Origin: Macrostomum lignano | Taxonomy: Eukaryota | Direction of reading: 5' to 3' | Assembly (NCBI GenBank): GCA_002269645.1 | Contig: NIVC01002379.1 | Location: 62,001 to 126,000, forward strand | DNA: 64,000 nucleotides | In this document: positions 31,536 through 41,675 of the stretch, piece by piece | Layout of the letters: each line of letters begins with the position of its first letter | How positions within the stretch are numbered: position 1 is the stretch's first letter | Notes under the pieces: generated by a model | The model's database searches: none | The model's input: only the letters and a program-made list of their open reading frames with translations | Told to the model about the DNA's origin: nothing | Program-made: the position numbers and the translations under genes

Positions 31536-34500
31536 ATGGAATCAATTTTAGCTCAAATCGACAACCCAGAACTTAGAGCGCAATTAATAGCTCAAATCGA
31601 AGCACAACGAATTGCCGATAGGGCTGAAATAGAAGCTAGAGTTAGAGCAGAAAATGAAATACGTTTAGAAAGACAATTAAATGATATTGATAATCCTCAA
31701 CAACAAAGACAAAATGTAGCTGAAGTAATAAATATAGATATTGATATAAATACTGATTATAAAGAATATTTTAAAAAAATGAAAGATAAATTAAAGATCA
31801 TATTAGATAATTATACTACGAAACCTAATAACAAACGACAGCCAATTAAGTATAAAATAGAAATTGAAACAGAATTTAAAAAACCAAGTATGATTAATGC
31901 AAATTCAGAAATTGAAGCAATAAATACCTTTTCACAAGAATCATATAAGACACTCCTATCAATGAGAAATTATGACAACCAATTTAATCAAATAGAAGCT
32001 GAGTTTGATGAATGGATAGATAAAATGACAGAAAACGGATCAGGATTCATTTTTGTATCTTGTAACTCAGTAATAGTAAAGATAGTTCCAATTGAAATTC
32101 TTAAAGGACGATCACACATGGATCCTGGATTTAAATCACCAATGATAATAAATCCTGATAATAAAGATGATAAGTGTTTATTATGGTGTTTATTAATTCA
32201 TAAGTATCACAAACAAGTAAAATCCCACACTAATAAAATATATAATTATAGACAATATGAGGATGAAATAATAATGAAAAACATATCATACCCAGTAGCT
32301 ATAGATGATATATATAAGATTGAAAAAATGAATGGGTTAAATATTAATGTGTTTACAATTGAAGAACCAGAAGATCTAGAAGAAATTAAAACTGATAAAG
32401 AATGGTATAAGAAAAGATGTTATTTAGTAAAGCCAGCAACAGATATAACAGCACCTGATCAAATCGACCTTTTGTACATACAGAATGAAAACAATACTCA
32501 TTATATATACATAAAGGACATTAATTCCTTTTTAAGAGAAAATAGAAATAGGATGTTATTATGTAGAAACTGTTTCACATTTAAAAAAACTGAAACAGCT
32601 CTTAAAAACCACCAAAGGTTTTGTTTGGATCACAAATTTACTAACGTTGTTATGCCCGATGAAAAAGAACAAATCCTAAAGTTCCAACAACATTATATGG
32701 CAATTAAAAAACCAATAGTAATATATGCTGATTTTGAAGCAACAAATGTTCCCTTAAAAGAACCGCCGACAGTATCTGATGGTGAATGTACAAAAAAATT
32801 AGCACAACAGTTCCCAAATAGTTATTGTATATATGTACACTCCGTAGCTGATAATATATTTAAATCAAGGATGTTTACTTACCATGGTAAGGATGCCGCA
32901 AAACACATGGCAGAAGAATTAGTAAATGTTTTTGAATTTATTCAAAATCAATATGATAAGTTATCAAAAAATATTAATATGACAGATAAGGATAAAGAAG
33001 ATTATAAAAATGCAACAAATTGTTTTATGTGTAAAAGGGCTATAAGTGGGAGATATAAGATACGAGAGCATTGCCATCTAACAGGAATTTATCGTGGGGC
33101 AGCATGTAAATCATGTAACGCAAAAGAAGGAAAAGGATGTAAGGAAATACCAGTATTTTTTCATAATGGTTCCGGATATGATTTTCATTTCTTAGTTAGA
33201 GAATTGCTTCATTTAGGTAGAGATGAATATGAAGTAAATATATTACCTAAAACATCAGAAAATTACATATCAATAACATATGGTAAAAAATACTCCCATC
33301 TAGTTTTTCTAGACTCCTTGAGGTTCTTATCAACCTCTTTAGCTAATGTAGTTTCATCATTAGTTCCAAAACCATGGGATTTAGAAATAGTAAAGAAAAA
33401 CTTTCCAATCTTATTGAATCGGTTCAAAAAGGAAAAACTATCCGAGGAAGAACTAATGCTATTAACTCGCAAGGGCATCTATCCATATGAATATGTAACA
33501 TCTGAAAAGGTATTTAATGATACTCAACTACCCCCAATTGATAAGTTTTACTCAATATTATCACAATCAAATATAACCGAATCGGATTATGAACACGCTC
33601 AAAAAGTATGGAAATATTTTAATTGTAAAACATTTAAAGATTATCATAACCTATACCTTAAAGCAGATGTTCTCCTATTAGCTGATGCGTTTGAAAACTT
33701 TAGGAATCATACATATGAGAATTTTAAAATTGATCCAGCATATTGTTTCAGTGCACCAGGATTAACATGGGCATGTGGTTTGAAATATACAGATGTTGAG
33801 ATTGATTTACTAACTGATCATGATATGTTGTTAATGATTGAGAGAGGAATTCGAGGAGGATTCTCAGGGGTACTAGGAGATAGATATACTAAAGTAAATA
33901 ATAAATATCTACCAAATTATAATAAAAAAGAAAAATCATCATATGTATTATATCTAGATGCAAACAATTTATATGGTGGGTGTATGAAACAAAAATTACC
34001 AATAGCTGATTTCCAATGGGAAGACGATCCAGATTATTACAAAAACATTCCCGAAGGAAGGGGATGTATCGTAGAAGTGGATTTGCAATATACTCGGGAA
34101 GCAAAAGCAAAAACATATAAATATCCCCTAGCTCCAGAGCATTGTTCAGTTAATGAAGACGATTTATCACAAACACAAAAAGATTACCTCAAAGCGGATA
34201 ATACAAAACATCTAGCAACAAAAAAGTTAATATTAAATTTACATGATAAGAAAAACTATGTAGTGCATTATAAGCTTCTACATTTTTATGAAAAGCAGGG
34301 ACTAAAAGTTACAAAAGTACATCGAACAATATCGTTTATTGAGGAAGAGTGGTTAGCTAAATATATCGACTTTAATTCAAATCAGAGACAGTTGTCAAAA
34401 ACAAATTTTGAGAAAGATTATTGGAAATTAATGAATAATGCTTTTTATGGAAAAACGGTTGAAAATATTAGAGATAGAACCCAATTCCATTTAGAAAAGG

Positions 34501-35498
34501 ATATTGATAAAGCAAAGAAATATTTCTCAAAACCTAATTTTAAAGACTTTATAAAATTTGATGATAAGTTTATGGGAATTCATATGAGAAATAAAACAAC
34601 AAAATTTCTTAAACCAATCTTTATTGGAATGGTAGTTTTAGATTTTGCAAAGCTGGTAATGTATGAATATTATTATGATGTTATAAATAAAACTTGGCCA
34701 GATAACTATCCAATATATGCAGACACCGATAGTTTGGTATTTAAGGTTGAAACTCCGGATGTCTATAAAGACATGGAAACAATTCAGGATACATTGGATA
34801 CATCCGACTATCCTGATAACCATCCCTTAAAATCAAATAAAAATAAGAAAGTTGTACTTAAAATGAAAGATGAATTAAATAGCAAAATCATAACCGAGTT
34901 TATAGCAATAAGATCAAAATGCTATGCATTTAAGGTTTTAGGACAGGAGGGAGAGGTAAAAAAAATAAAAGGGGTATCAAGAGCAGCAGTAAAAAAGATA
35001 ACATTTGATGATTATAAAAACGTACTTTTAGATTATCTTAATACAATTGAAAATTACCATGCTCCACAATATCGATTAAATTCAGATAAGCATCAAATGT
35101 ATGTCATCGAGACAGATAAAAAAACATTAAATCCTTATGATGATAAAAGGTATTTAGATAATATAATTAAAACATATCCATATGGTTTAAAAGAAGAAAT
35201 TAAAAACATGCAAAATGATAAAAAACAAAAAGAGGATATAATAAATAAATATAAAGAATACATTGAGTCAATAAATAATTATTATTATGATTGTGATTGT
35301 GAATCCGATTGCGAATGCGAATATAATAAATTTTTAGAATATGAAAAAGATATTGATAAATATTATGAAACATTTCCAAAAGAACTTAAAAAAATAAATA
35401 AGGACAAAGCATTGGATAACTGGAAGAGACTAACAGAAGGATTACTTAAGCTACATACTGATCGGGTCTGTAAAAAACTAAAGCATGTAATTGTTTAA
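31536..35498 (+). CDS. polB: Protein-primed family B DNA polymerase (pPolB), 1320 aa
   Basis: Exonuclease motifs YADFEA and FHNGSGYDFHF; polymerase motifs YLDANNLYG, KLMNNAFYGK and YADTDS; uninterrupted ORF. Confidence 0.97.
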   Translation: MESILAQIDNPELRAQLIAQIEAQRIADRAEIEARVRAENEIRLERQLNDIDNPQQQRQNVAEVINIDIDINTDYKEYFKKMKDKLKIILDNYTTKPNNKRQPIKYKIEIETEFKKPSMINANSEIEAINTFSQESYKTLLSMRNYDNQFNQIEAEFDEWIDKMTENGSGFIFVSCNSVIVKIVPIEILKGRSHMDPGFKSPMIINPDNKDDKCLLWCLLIHKYHKQVKSHTNKIYNYRQYEDEIIMKNISYPVAIDDIYKIEKMNGLNINVFTIEEPEDLEEIKTDKEWYKKRCYLVKPATDITAPDQIDLLYIQNENNTHYIYIKDINSFLRENRNRMLLCRNCFTFKKTETALKNHQRFCLDHKFTNVVMPDEKEQILKFQQHYMAIKKPIVIYADFEATNVPLKEPPTVSDGECTKKLAQQFPNSYCIYVHSVADNIFKSRMFTYHGKDAAKHMAEELVNVFEFIQNQYDKLSKNINMTDKDKEDYKNATNCFMCKRAISGRYKIREHCHLTGIYRGAACKSCNAKEGKGCKEIPVFFHNGSGYDFHFLVRELLHLGRDEYEVNILPKTSENYISITYGKKYSHLVFLDSLRFLSTSLANVVSSLVPKPWDLEIVKKNFPILLNRFKKEKLSEEELMLLTRKGIYPYEYVTSEKVFNDTQLPPIDKFYSILSQSNITESDYEHAQKVWKYFNCKTFKDYHNLYLKADVLLLADAFENFRNHTYENFKIDPAYCFSAPGLTWACGLKYTDVEIDLLTDHDMLLMIERGIRGGFSGVLGDRYTKVNNKYLPNYNKKEKSSYVLYLDANNLYGGCMKQKLPIADFQWEDDPDYYKNIPEGRGCIVEVDLQYTREAKAKTYKYPLAPEHCSVNEDDLSQTQKDYLKADNTKHLATKKLILNLHDKKNYVVHYKLLHFYEKQGLKVTKVHRTISFIEEEWLAKYIDFNSNQRQLSKTNFEKDYWKLMNNAFYGKTVENIRDRTQFHLEKDIDKAKKYFSKPNFKDFIKFDDKFMGIHMRNKTTKFLKPIFIGMVVLDFAKLVMYEYYYDVINKTWPDNYPIYADTDSLVFKVETPDVYKDMETIQDTLDTSDYPDNHPLKSNKNKKVVLKMKDELNSKIITEFIAIRSKCYAFKVLGQEGEVKKIKGVSRAAVKKITFDDYKNVLLDYLNTIENYHAPQYRLNSDKHQMYVIETDKKTLNPYDDKRYLDNIIKTYPYGLKEEIKNMQNDKKQKEDIINKYKEYIESINNYYYDCDCESDCECEYNKFLEYEKDIDKYYETFPKELKKINKDKALDNWKRLTEGLLKLHTDRVCKKLKHVIV

Positions 35499-35805
35499 GC
35501 ATAATATCCATTTCAATTTCATATTTTATTGAGCACCAATTTTCCTCACAGTCAGTGGGGTAACTTAAACATTCTTTTACTTTTTTCCTAAGTATTTTTA
35601 TTCGTCTAACCAATCTATCTATTTCAATTTCAATTACTGTTTCAGCATAAGCAATTGCAGATTTAATAAAACGTTTTCTTTTATCTAAATCATATCGGAT
35701 AGGAAACATATCTTCATCATAATCACTATAAAATAAACTATTTAATTTTTTATTAATATAATTAAGTTCACGCTCTTTAGTGATAAGGATTTTTATTGTC
35801 TCCAT
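35446..35805 (-). CDS. Polinton hypothetical protein, 119 aa
   Basis: TATAAGAAAATG start context; converges on and overlaps the pPolB end; no recognised domain. Confidence 0.55.
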   Translation of the reverse strand: METIKILITKERELNYINKKLNSLFYSDYDEDMFPIRYDLDKRKRFIKSAIAYAETVIEIEIDRLVRRIKILRKKVKECLSYPTDCEENWCSIKYEIEMDIMLKQLHALVFYRPDQYVA

Positions 35806-35965
35806 TTTCTTATAAAAAATTTAAACTTATTCGGGGTCATCCTCCCAAACCGAAGCCAATTTTACAGTCCTATCACTCTTTTTATTTTTTGCTTGTTTTA
35901 GTTTAAATTGCAACCCACCCTCCATACTGTATTTCCATTTTTAATCTAAAAAAATAACAAAAAAA

Positions 35966-37983
35966 ATGAAAGACATTTACGAATGTAAAAAATGTAATGT
36001 GCGCATGCATAGAGGGCAAACAGCAAACGGAGATATACGGGCCGACTTGGGGCCTCTCGCCTAGAACGGTCCGTTGGATTTATACCGGCATCATCCGGCC
36101 CAGTATCACATACGCGAGTCTCATCTGGACTAGCGTGCTGGAGCAGAAGGCCGCCCGTCAGCGGCTGTACCAGCTTCAGGGCAGCATTTGCCGTGCCATC
36201 ACAGGTGCGTACCCGTCCACCCCTTACGAGGGGCTGAACACTATCCTTAACCTACCTCCGCTTCACCTATTTATTAGGGCGGAGGCTATGAAGTCTGCCT
36301 CCCGGCTTATCAGAGATAAAACGTTAAATAACGCGCCCTCTGGCTTTATGCCAATGAAAACATTAATCCCGCATATGGACTTTGTCCGCCGCGACCTTAA
36401 CAACATCCACATGGACCTGGGCAATGTGGATAGTCGACCTCCCGCCCTCAACATCAGGAGGGGCTTCAAGACCGCCATCCCTGGCCGAGACAACATTCCG
36501 CTGGATGTCGGTGTGAACCGGCGCAGCCAGGGCATTCACTGCTTCACCGACGGCTCGCTGTTCAACGGCCGCGCTGGAGCGGGTATTGCCATTTTCCACG
36601 AGGGTAAGATGCTTCTCCAGGAAAGTCTGCACCTCGGTGAGAACACCTCAGTTTTCCAAGCTGAAATTTGCGCCATTGAGCAGTGTGCCCAGCAACTATT
36701 TCAGGCGAACATTAATAATTTTGACATTAATTTCTACACTGATAGCCAAGCTGCTATTAAGGCCTTAACCACTGAGAATATCTCCGCTGCTACAGTATCT
36801 CAATGCCACCGCAGTGTGCAATCTCTCTCAGTCCTTAACAGGATTAGAATTATCTGGACACCTGGTCACAGCAACATCCTGGGCAACGAGCTCGCGGACT
36901 CTCTCGCCAAGGAGGGCAGCAACCCAGACGGCAACCACCGTCTGATGAGGCTACCCACCCCCAGGTCGCAAGTCACCCGCCATATCAACAGGTGGCTCCA
37001 TCAGCAGCACCAGCTCCACTGGAACAGCTGCACCGAGTACAGGCAGAGCCGCTCTGCCATGCCTAACCTGAACAGGAAAGTCTCTGATTATCTGATTTCG
37101 CTTAACAGAACCGACCTCAGGGAGATGTGCATGGTCCTAACCGGCCACGGATTCTTCCAGAGACATATATCGTTGCAAACCGGTTGCCCTCCCACCTGTC
37201 CCTTCTGTGGCATAGGAGAGGAGACCGCGGAGCATCACGTCACCTTCTGCCCTTACTTCAACAAGGCGCGGCACAAATACCTCGGCCACCCCCAGCGGAT
37301 GGACGAGCTGACCACCGCGGACAATATCCGAGACCTCCGCGCCTTCGTCCGGGACTCCGGCCGGATGAGGGTCGCCGATGCCTCCACTGCGGACCTGCCG
37401 ACTACTGGCGGGGACTGGGCGCACCCCCAAGGCTAATCCTTGTGCTCTTTTACCTTGGGGTTGCGATAGGGGCCTCGCGGCCTATTCGCGGCGCCTGCGC
37501 CCCCCGTCAGTAGTAAGTAGTAAGTAAGTAAACGGAGATATATATCATATGTGTTATTCATGTTCTAAAATATATCAATTTGAAAAAATAAAAAAGATTG
37601 AAAATTCATATTACTATTTTAAAAACACAATTTTAAGAAATCTTACAAGAGACATTTCCGATCCAATTTTAATTCCGGGAAATAATGTTTATTTATATAA
37701 TAACTTTTTCCATTTAAATAAAGGAAAGGGATTAAGTTCGAAAGACTCCGAAAGGATTTTAATTTTAGTTGGATATTATTTTAATTTTCTTATGCGAGAG
37801 AATACAAAGTTTATAAGGATTGGTAACATACCTAACGAAATGTTATTGAAAAAGTCATTAGAATTTTTATGTATTGATAAAAAATTTAAACCTAGGATTA
37901 CAAGAGAGTTACCACTTTGGGAAGAATATATAACGTATGCATTAAATAAACTAAACAACCTGAAGTTCTACAGTACTTCCTGA
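35966..37983 (+). pseudogene. Polinton zinc-ribbon gene (170 aa when restored) interrupted by a LINE
   Basis: Removing 36038-37542 restores [33 protein letters not shown]... (CxxC-x17-CxxC) at an exact codon boundary. Confidence 0.85.
36038..37529 (+). mobile_element. 5'-truncated non-LTR retrotransposon with RNase H (LOA/Lian/R1-like), 1492 bp
   Basis: 13-bp TSD AAACGGAGATATA (36025-36037 and 37530-37542); WGLSP...[18 protein letters not shown]-terminus; RNase H motifs FTDGS / AE / TDS / GNELAD; CCHC knuckle; (TAAG)-like tail; GC-rich relative to the Polinton. Confidence 0.92.
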
Positions 37984-38604
37984 CCGCGGACTTTGTAACC
38001 CGGTAGCAATAGTTTCCGGTTTGTATTCAATAGTTTCTATCGGAGGAGCTTTGGGTTTGTCCAAACGCAATTCCTTCAATTCCATATCGGTAAAAGTTTC
38101 AACATCCAAAATTCTATTTCTATCTTTTAAATATTTTTCATATAACTCAACCGCGGTTGATAATTCATGAATAGTTATCTCTCCGTCATCCAATATTTTT
38201 TGCACATATAAATATAATTGATTTTTATATTGTTTTGCAACATCTCTTAAAGATTTATATTTTTCCTTTCTTTTTTTAAGATATAATTTAATTGCTAAAA
38301 GTATTGATAAGTTCCTGATCAATTCAAAACCTGATATTGAGCCAATTGAAATACCTAAAAATAATTGAGATAAATTAAGAGTTGGAAATGATTGTAAAAC
38401 ACCTAAAACAATTACACATAACATCGATAAGCTTCCAAATCCAATATTGAAAAAATCCATATTTCTGATATGATTTGAAATTCTTCTCACTTTTTTAGTA
38501 TATAAATCATAATCATAATTTATTCGATCAACATTACTCAACATGTGACCCTTGCGTTGGTTAAAATGATCACGTTCCCTTTTATCTGCTTCAGACACCG
38601 ACAT
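37951..38604 (-). CDS. Polinton two-transmembrane-helix protein, 217 aa
   Basis: Two hydrophobic segments followed by a basic helix and ILDDGEITIHE; located in the minus-strand structural gene cluster. Confidence 0.75.
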   Translation of the reverse strand: MSVSEADKRERDHFNQRKGHMLSNVDRINYDYDLYTKKVRRISNHIRNMDFFNIGFGSLSMLCVIVLGVLQSFPTLNLSQLFLGISIGSISGFELIRNLSILLAIKLYLKKRKEKYKSLRDVAKQYKNQLYLYVQKILDDGEITIHELSTAVELYEKYLKDRNRILDVETFTDMELKELRLDKPKAPPIETIEYKPETIATGLQSPRSGSTVELQVV

Positions 38605-38917
38605 TTTCGTCTATTTTTAATAGCACCAAAATGAATTCCCCGCGCTCTTTGGGGATCTGCCCCGAGCTCAATAGGTATTGTATCAGACTTATTCTTTCTT
38701 TTTTCTCCCATTTAAATCCTATTTTCCAAAACTCTTGAAGTATAATATGATTTTTTAATAACTTAATTAATTCTTGAAGCTTCTTATTATCCTGAACATT
38801 TACAGTACTAAATAAAAATTTGGTATGAGATTTGAATGTTTTTATATTTGATTCTTGTTTAGGAATAGGAATAATAACATTATTTTGCCGCATCGATGGA
38901 GTTCTACTAAAAGCCAT
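38591..38917 (-). CDS. Polinton hypothetical protein, 108 aa
   Basis: TATATAAAATG start; N-terminus MAFSRTPS resembles that of the adjacent fibre-like gene. Confidence 0.65.
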   Translation of the reverse strand: MAFSRTPSMRQNNVIIPIPKQESNIKTFKSHTKFLFSTVNVQDNKKLQELIKLLKNHIILQEFWKIGFKWEKKERISLIQYLLSSGQIPKERGEFILVLLKIDENVGV

Positions 38918-38960
38918 TTTATATAGAAATATTTAAGTTATCGCCCCGTAGGGTCGCACC

Positions 38961-41006
38961 TTAGGTGATTTGAGTTTGTGGCTGTTCCAAATATGCGCTC
39001 GCAGCAAAATCATATCCTGCTGATGTGCTACCACAAACGGCTGCACCACGAATAAAATGTGCAGCATCCGATCCTCCGGTTCGAGCACCAAAACCCATAA
39101 GTGTTCCCGTTTTATCTAAATCTCCCCAAGTTCCGCTATCATATGTAAAAAAGTTTTGCCCAATTAACGTATACACTTTAGTTGAAACATTGAATGTGCT
39201 TATTTGATACCAAACTCTTTGATTAAGAATATTAATTTCAAAAAAGTGCCAATCACCATTATCAATATTAGCATAGGTTATAGTTTGATCTGCGTCATTA
39301 AGAACATCATTACGAACCGTAGCTCCGTCTGATTTTACATTACTCCATAGAACTCCAACTCTGTCATGCCATTCACTAGCAAACACTATCAAACCCGCGT
39401 TGGTTGTTAATCCAGATCCAAATTCCGTTGTTGGACGTTGGTGACAGTATGCATAAAACCAAACAGCGTCAGCACCATCTCCTGTAGTATTAGCAACTCG
39501 GAAATAGAAGGAGGCGGATATATTACGAAAATGGGTGAAATTAAATTGTAACGCTCCAGACCGACCCGATGCTTCATCAGTAATTCTAGCACCATTTTGA
39601 TAATCTATATAAGAAGCATCTCCAACAAAACTTCCTGTTGGAAAAATATCGCCGGCGGTGGTTGGGTTTTGATACCCAGTCCAATTGCAAATTACGGGCT
39701 CGTACAAAGCGGCATCAATTGCAGGTATTCCATCCAATTTTATTTTATCATTAAAAGACATTCGGCCATCCGCCGTTGGTGTTACTCGCGTGTCAACATA
39801 ACCTTTAGTAACAACAGAACTGTTATCGTTTATATTAGAGACATTGGTGATCGTATTGGAACCCATATCAATTGATTGATTAACTACTCCCAGATTTAAA
39901 TCAATAATTGTAAAAGTCTGCCTATAAATCTGAAAGGTTGACAGGCCGGGGTTTGTAGCACCCGAAGTTGATGTAAGACAGAACAATCTGAAATATGAAT
40001 ATGTTTTATCAAAATTTTGTGTGACATTAATTGTTTGAGTTGAGTTATTTATTTCTACAGAACTATCCGCAGGTATTAAAACATCCCAGCTCGTATTGTC
40101 ATTACTTCCTTCAAATCGCCATGATGCTGGATGCTCGGTTGATGGCGACGGTCTTCCACGTAAATCAATTTTATAACACATTATTGCAGATGGACATTGA
40201 ACCTGAATCCAATAATCGGTTTGTGTATTATTGGTCGCCCAATCTGTTGCATTATCTCCATCAAAAGCTTTCCAGCTTGCAAAATCGGTTGTATTAAATG
40301 CTGTGCTGGCTGTAATTGCAAAACCATTTCCACTCCAATCTGACATAGTAGGTATGTGGCCGGTTTCAACCGTTTGGAATCGATCCTGTTTTGGTGTTCC
40401 ACCTCCAACTATATTATCAACTTCGGTTTTGGTATAAGAATCAGCAACATTCCGTTTCAAATTTAATGAATTATCAACTTCGGTTTTGGTATAGGAATCG
40501 GCTATGTTCCGTTTCAAATTTAATGAATTATCGACTTCGGTTTTGGTATAAGAATCGGTTATGTTCCGTTTCAAATTTAATGAATTATCGACTTCGGTTT
40601 TGGTATAAGAATCAGATATATCTCTTTTCAAATTTAATGAATTATCAACCTCTGTTTTGGTATAAGAATCAGATATATCTCTTTTTAAATTTAGGGAATT
40701 ATCGACTTCTGTTTTGGTATAAGAATCAGATATATCTCTTTTTAAATTTAATGAATTATCAACTTCGGTTTTGGTATAGGAATCGGCTACGTTCCGTTTC
40801 AGATTTAGTGAATCATCGATTTGAGTTTTAGTATAGGAATCTGCAACGTTTCTTTTTAAATTTAATTTATTATCAATTTCAGTTTTTTTATAACCTTCAT
40901 CCTCATTAATATATCGATTATCTCCGAATGTAACACTGATGCCACCAGATGTGCCACCACCAGTACTTGTTGTTCCGTTCCATGAGGGTGTTCCAGAAAA
41001 TAACAT
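38961..41006 (-). CDS. Fibre/receptor-binding-like protein, 681 aa: 8 x 19-aa repeats, a discoidin (F5/8C)-like domain and a ConA/legume-lectin-like domain
   Basis: YTKTEVDNSLNLKRxxxDS repeats; WKAFDG...WIQVQ...WRFEGSND...YSYFRL; VVTKGYVD fibre-type motif; C-terminal GADAVWF...WHFFEI...GFGARTGG. Domain calls are by eye. Confidence 0.75.
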   Translation of the reverse strand: MLFSGTPSWNGTTSTGGGTSGGISVTFGDNRYINEDEGYKKTEIDNKLNLKRNVADSYTKTQIDDSLNLKRNVADSYTKTEVDNSLNLKRDISDSYTKTEVDNSLNLKRDISDSYTKTEVDNSLNLKRDISDSYTKTEVDNSLNLKRNITDSYTKTEVDNSLNLKRNIADSYTKTEVDNSLNLKRNVADSYTKTEVDNIVGGGTPKQDRFQTVETGHIPTMSDWSGNGFAITASTAFNTTDFASWKAFDGDNATDWATNNTQTDYWIQVQCPSAIMCYKIDLRGRPSPSTEHPASWRFEGSNDNTSWDVLIPADSSVEINNSTQTINVTQNFDKTYSYFRLFCLTSTSGATNPGLSTFQIYRQTFTIIDLNLGVVNQSIDMGSNTITNVSNINDNSSVVTKGYVDTRVTPTADGRMSFNDKIKLDGIPAIDAALYEPVICNWTGYQNPTTAGDIFPTGSFVGDASYIDYQNGARITDEASGRSGALQFNFTHFRNISASFYFRVANTTGDGADAVWFYAYCHQRPTTEFGSGLTTNAGLIVFASEWHDRVGVLWSNVKSDGATVRNDVLNDADQTITYANIDNGDWHFFEINILNQRVWYQISTFNVSTKVYTLIGQNFFTYDSGTWGDLDKTGTLMGFGARTGGSDAAHFIRGAAVCGSTSAGYDFAASAYLEQPQTQIT

Positions 41007-41016
41007 TTTTTACTGT

Positions 41017-41490
41017 CTATTTTATAGAATCTAAAATAGCCCTAAAGTCTTCGGGTCTTTCCTTCGAGTTATTAATTTTATATAAAAAATATAACGCCGC
41101 TTGCCCGCAATAACTTTTATCAAATGTTTGAAATTGTTCGTGATGATCTCCACATAAACGATTTTTAGTATGATTAAATTTATCTTTTATTTCCTGTAAC
41201 GGAGGAAGCGCGTATGAATCAAAAAAATAAACAAGTTTAGGTTTTGAATAAACTGCTGACCAATGAACACCGTTTTCTTTTGTTGTTTCAATATTAACAA
41301 TGTAAGATCCATATCTTGGTAAGTCTTTTATCTCATCCCGCATAACACATCTAAATGGTTTTATTTTTAACTGCCGCGCCCAATTTGTTAATTCGATATT
41401 GCTTGTTGTGTCTGTTCCATATCTTTGTTTGAACCCGCCCCACGTTAGTGATGGCGAGGACTCTGTCCGTCTGTCCCAACTCATAGTCAT
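41017..41490 (-). CDS. Adenain-like (C5/Ulp1-fold) cysteine protease, 157 aa
   Basis: GVHW, FFDSY, Q and YCG catalytic arrangement typical of Polinton proteases. Confidence 0.9.
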   Translation of the reverse strand: MTMSWDRRTESSPSLTWGGFKQRYGTDTTSNIELTNWARQLKIKPFRCVMRDEIKDLPRYGSYIVNIETTKENGVHWSAVYSKPKLVYFFDSYALPPLQEIKDKFNHTKNRLCGDHHEQFQTFDKSYCGQAALYFLYKINNSKERPEDFRAILDSIK

Positions 41491-41491
41491 T

Positions 41492-41665
41492 TTATGTTCC
41501 TGAAAAACTTTTGGTTTTAGTTAGTTTAGTAGGTGTGGGTTTTAACAGCTCCTTTCTTATTTTATCTGCTTGTAACTGTCTTAATTTTGTTAGTTCTAGT
41601 TCATAATTATCTTCAGCTTTTTTAACTTTTTCCGTTTGTTTTTTTAACGCATTGTTGTTACCCAT
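41492..41665 (-). CDS. Small ORF below the track cutoff, 57 aa (MGNNNALKKQTEKVKK...KSFSGT)
   Basis: Fills the gap between the penton and protease genes; has the TAAAAATG start context; its stop codon abuts the protease start context. Confidence 0.65.
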   Translation of the reverse strand: MGNNNALKKQTEKVKKAEDNYELELTKLRQLQADKIRKELLKPTPTKLTKTKSFSGT

Positions 41666-41675
41666 TTTTACTATA

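Noticed and set aside
37509-37529. AGTAG repeats resembling a Polinton terminus
   Set aside because: They are the simple-repeat 3' tail of the LINE, directly followed by its TSD.
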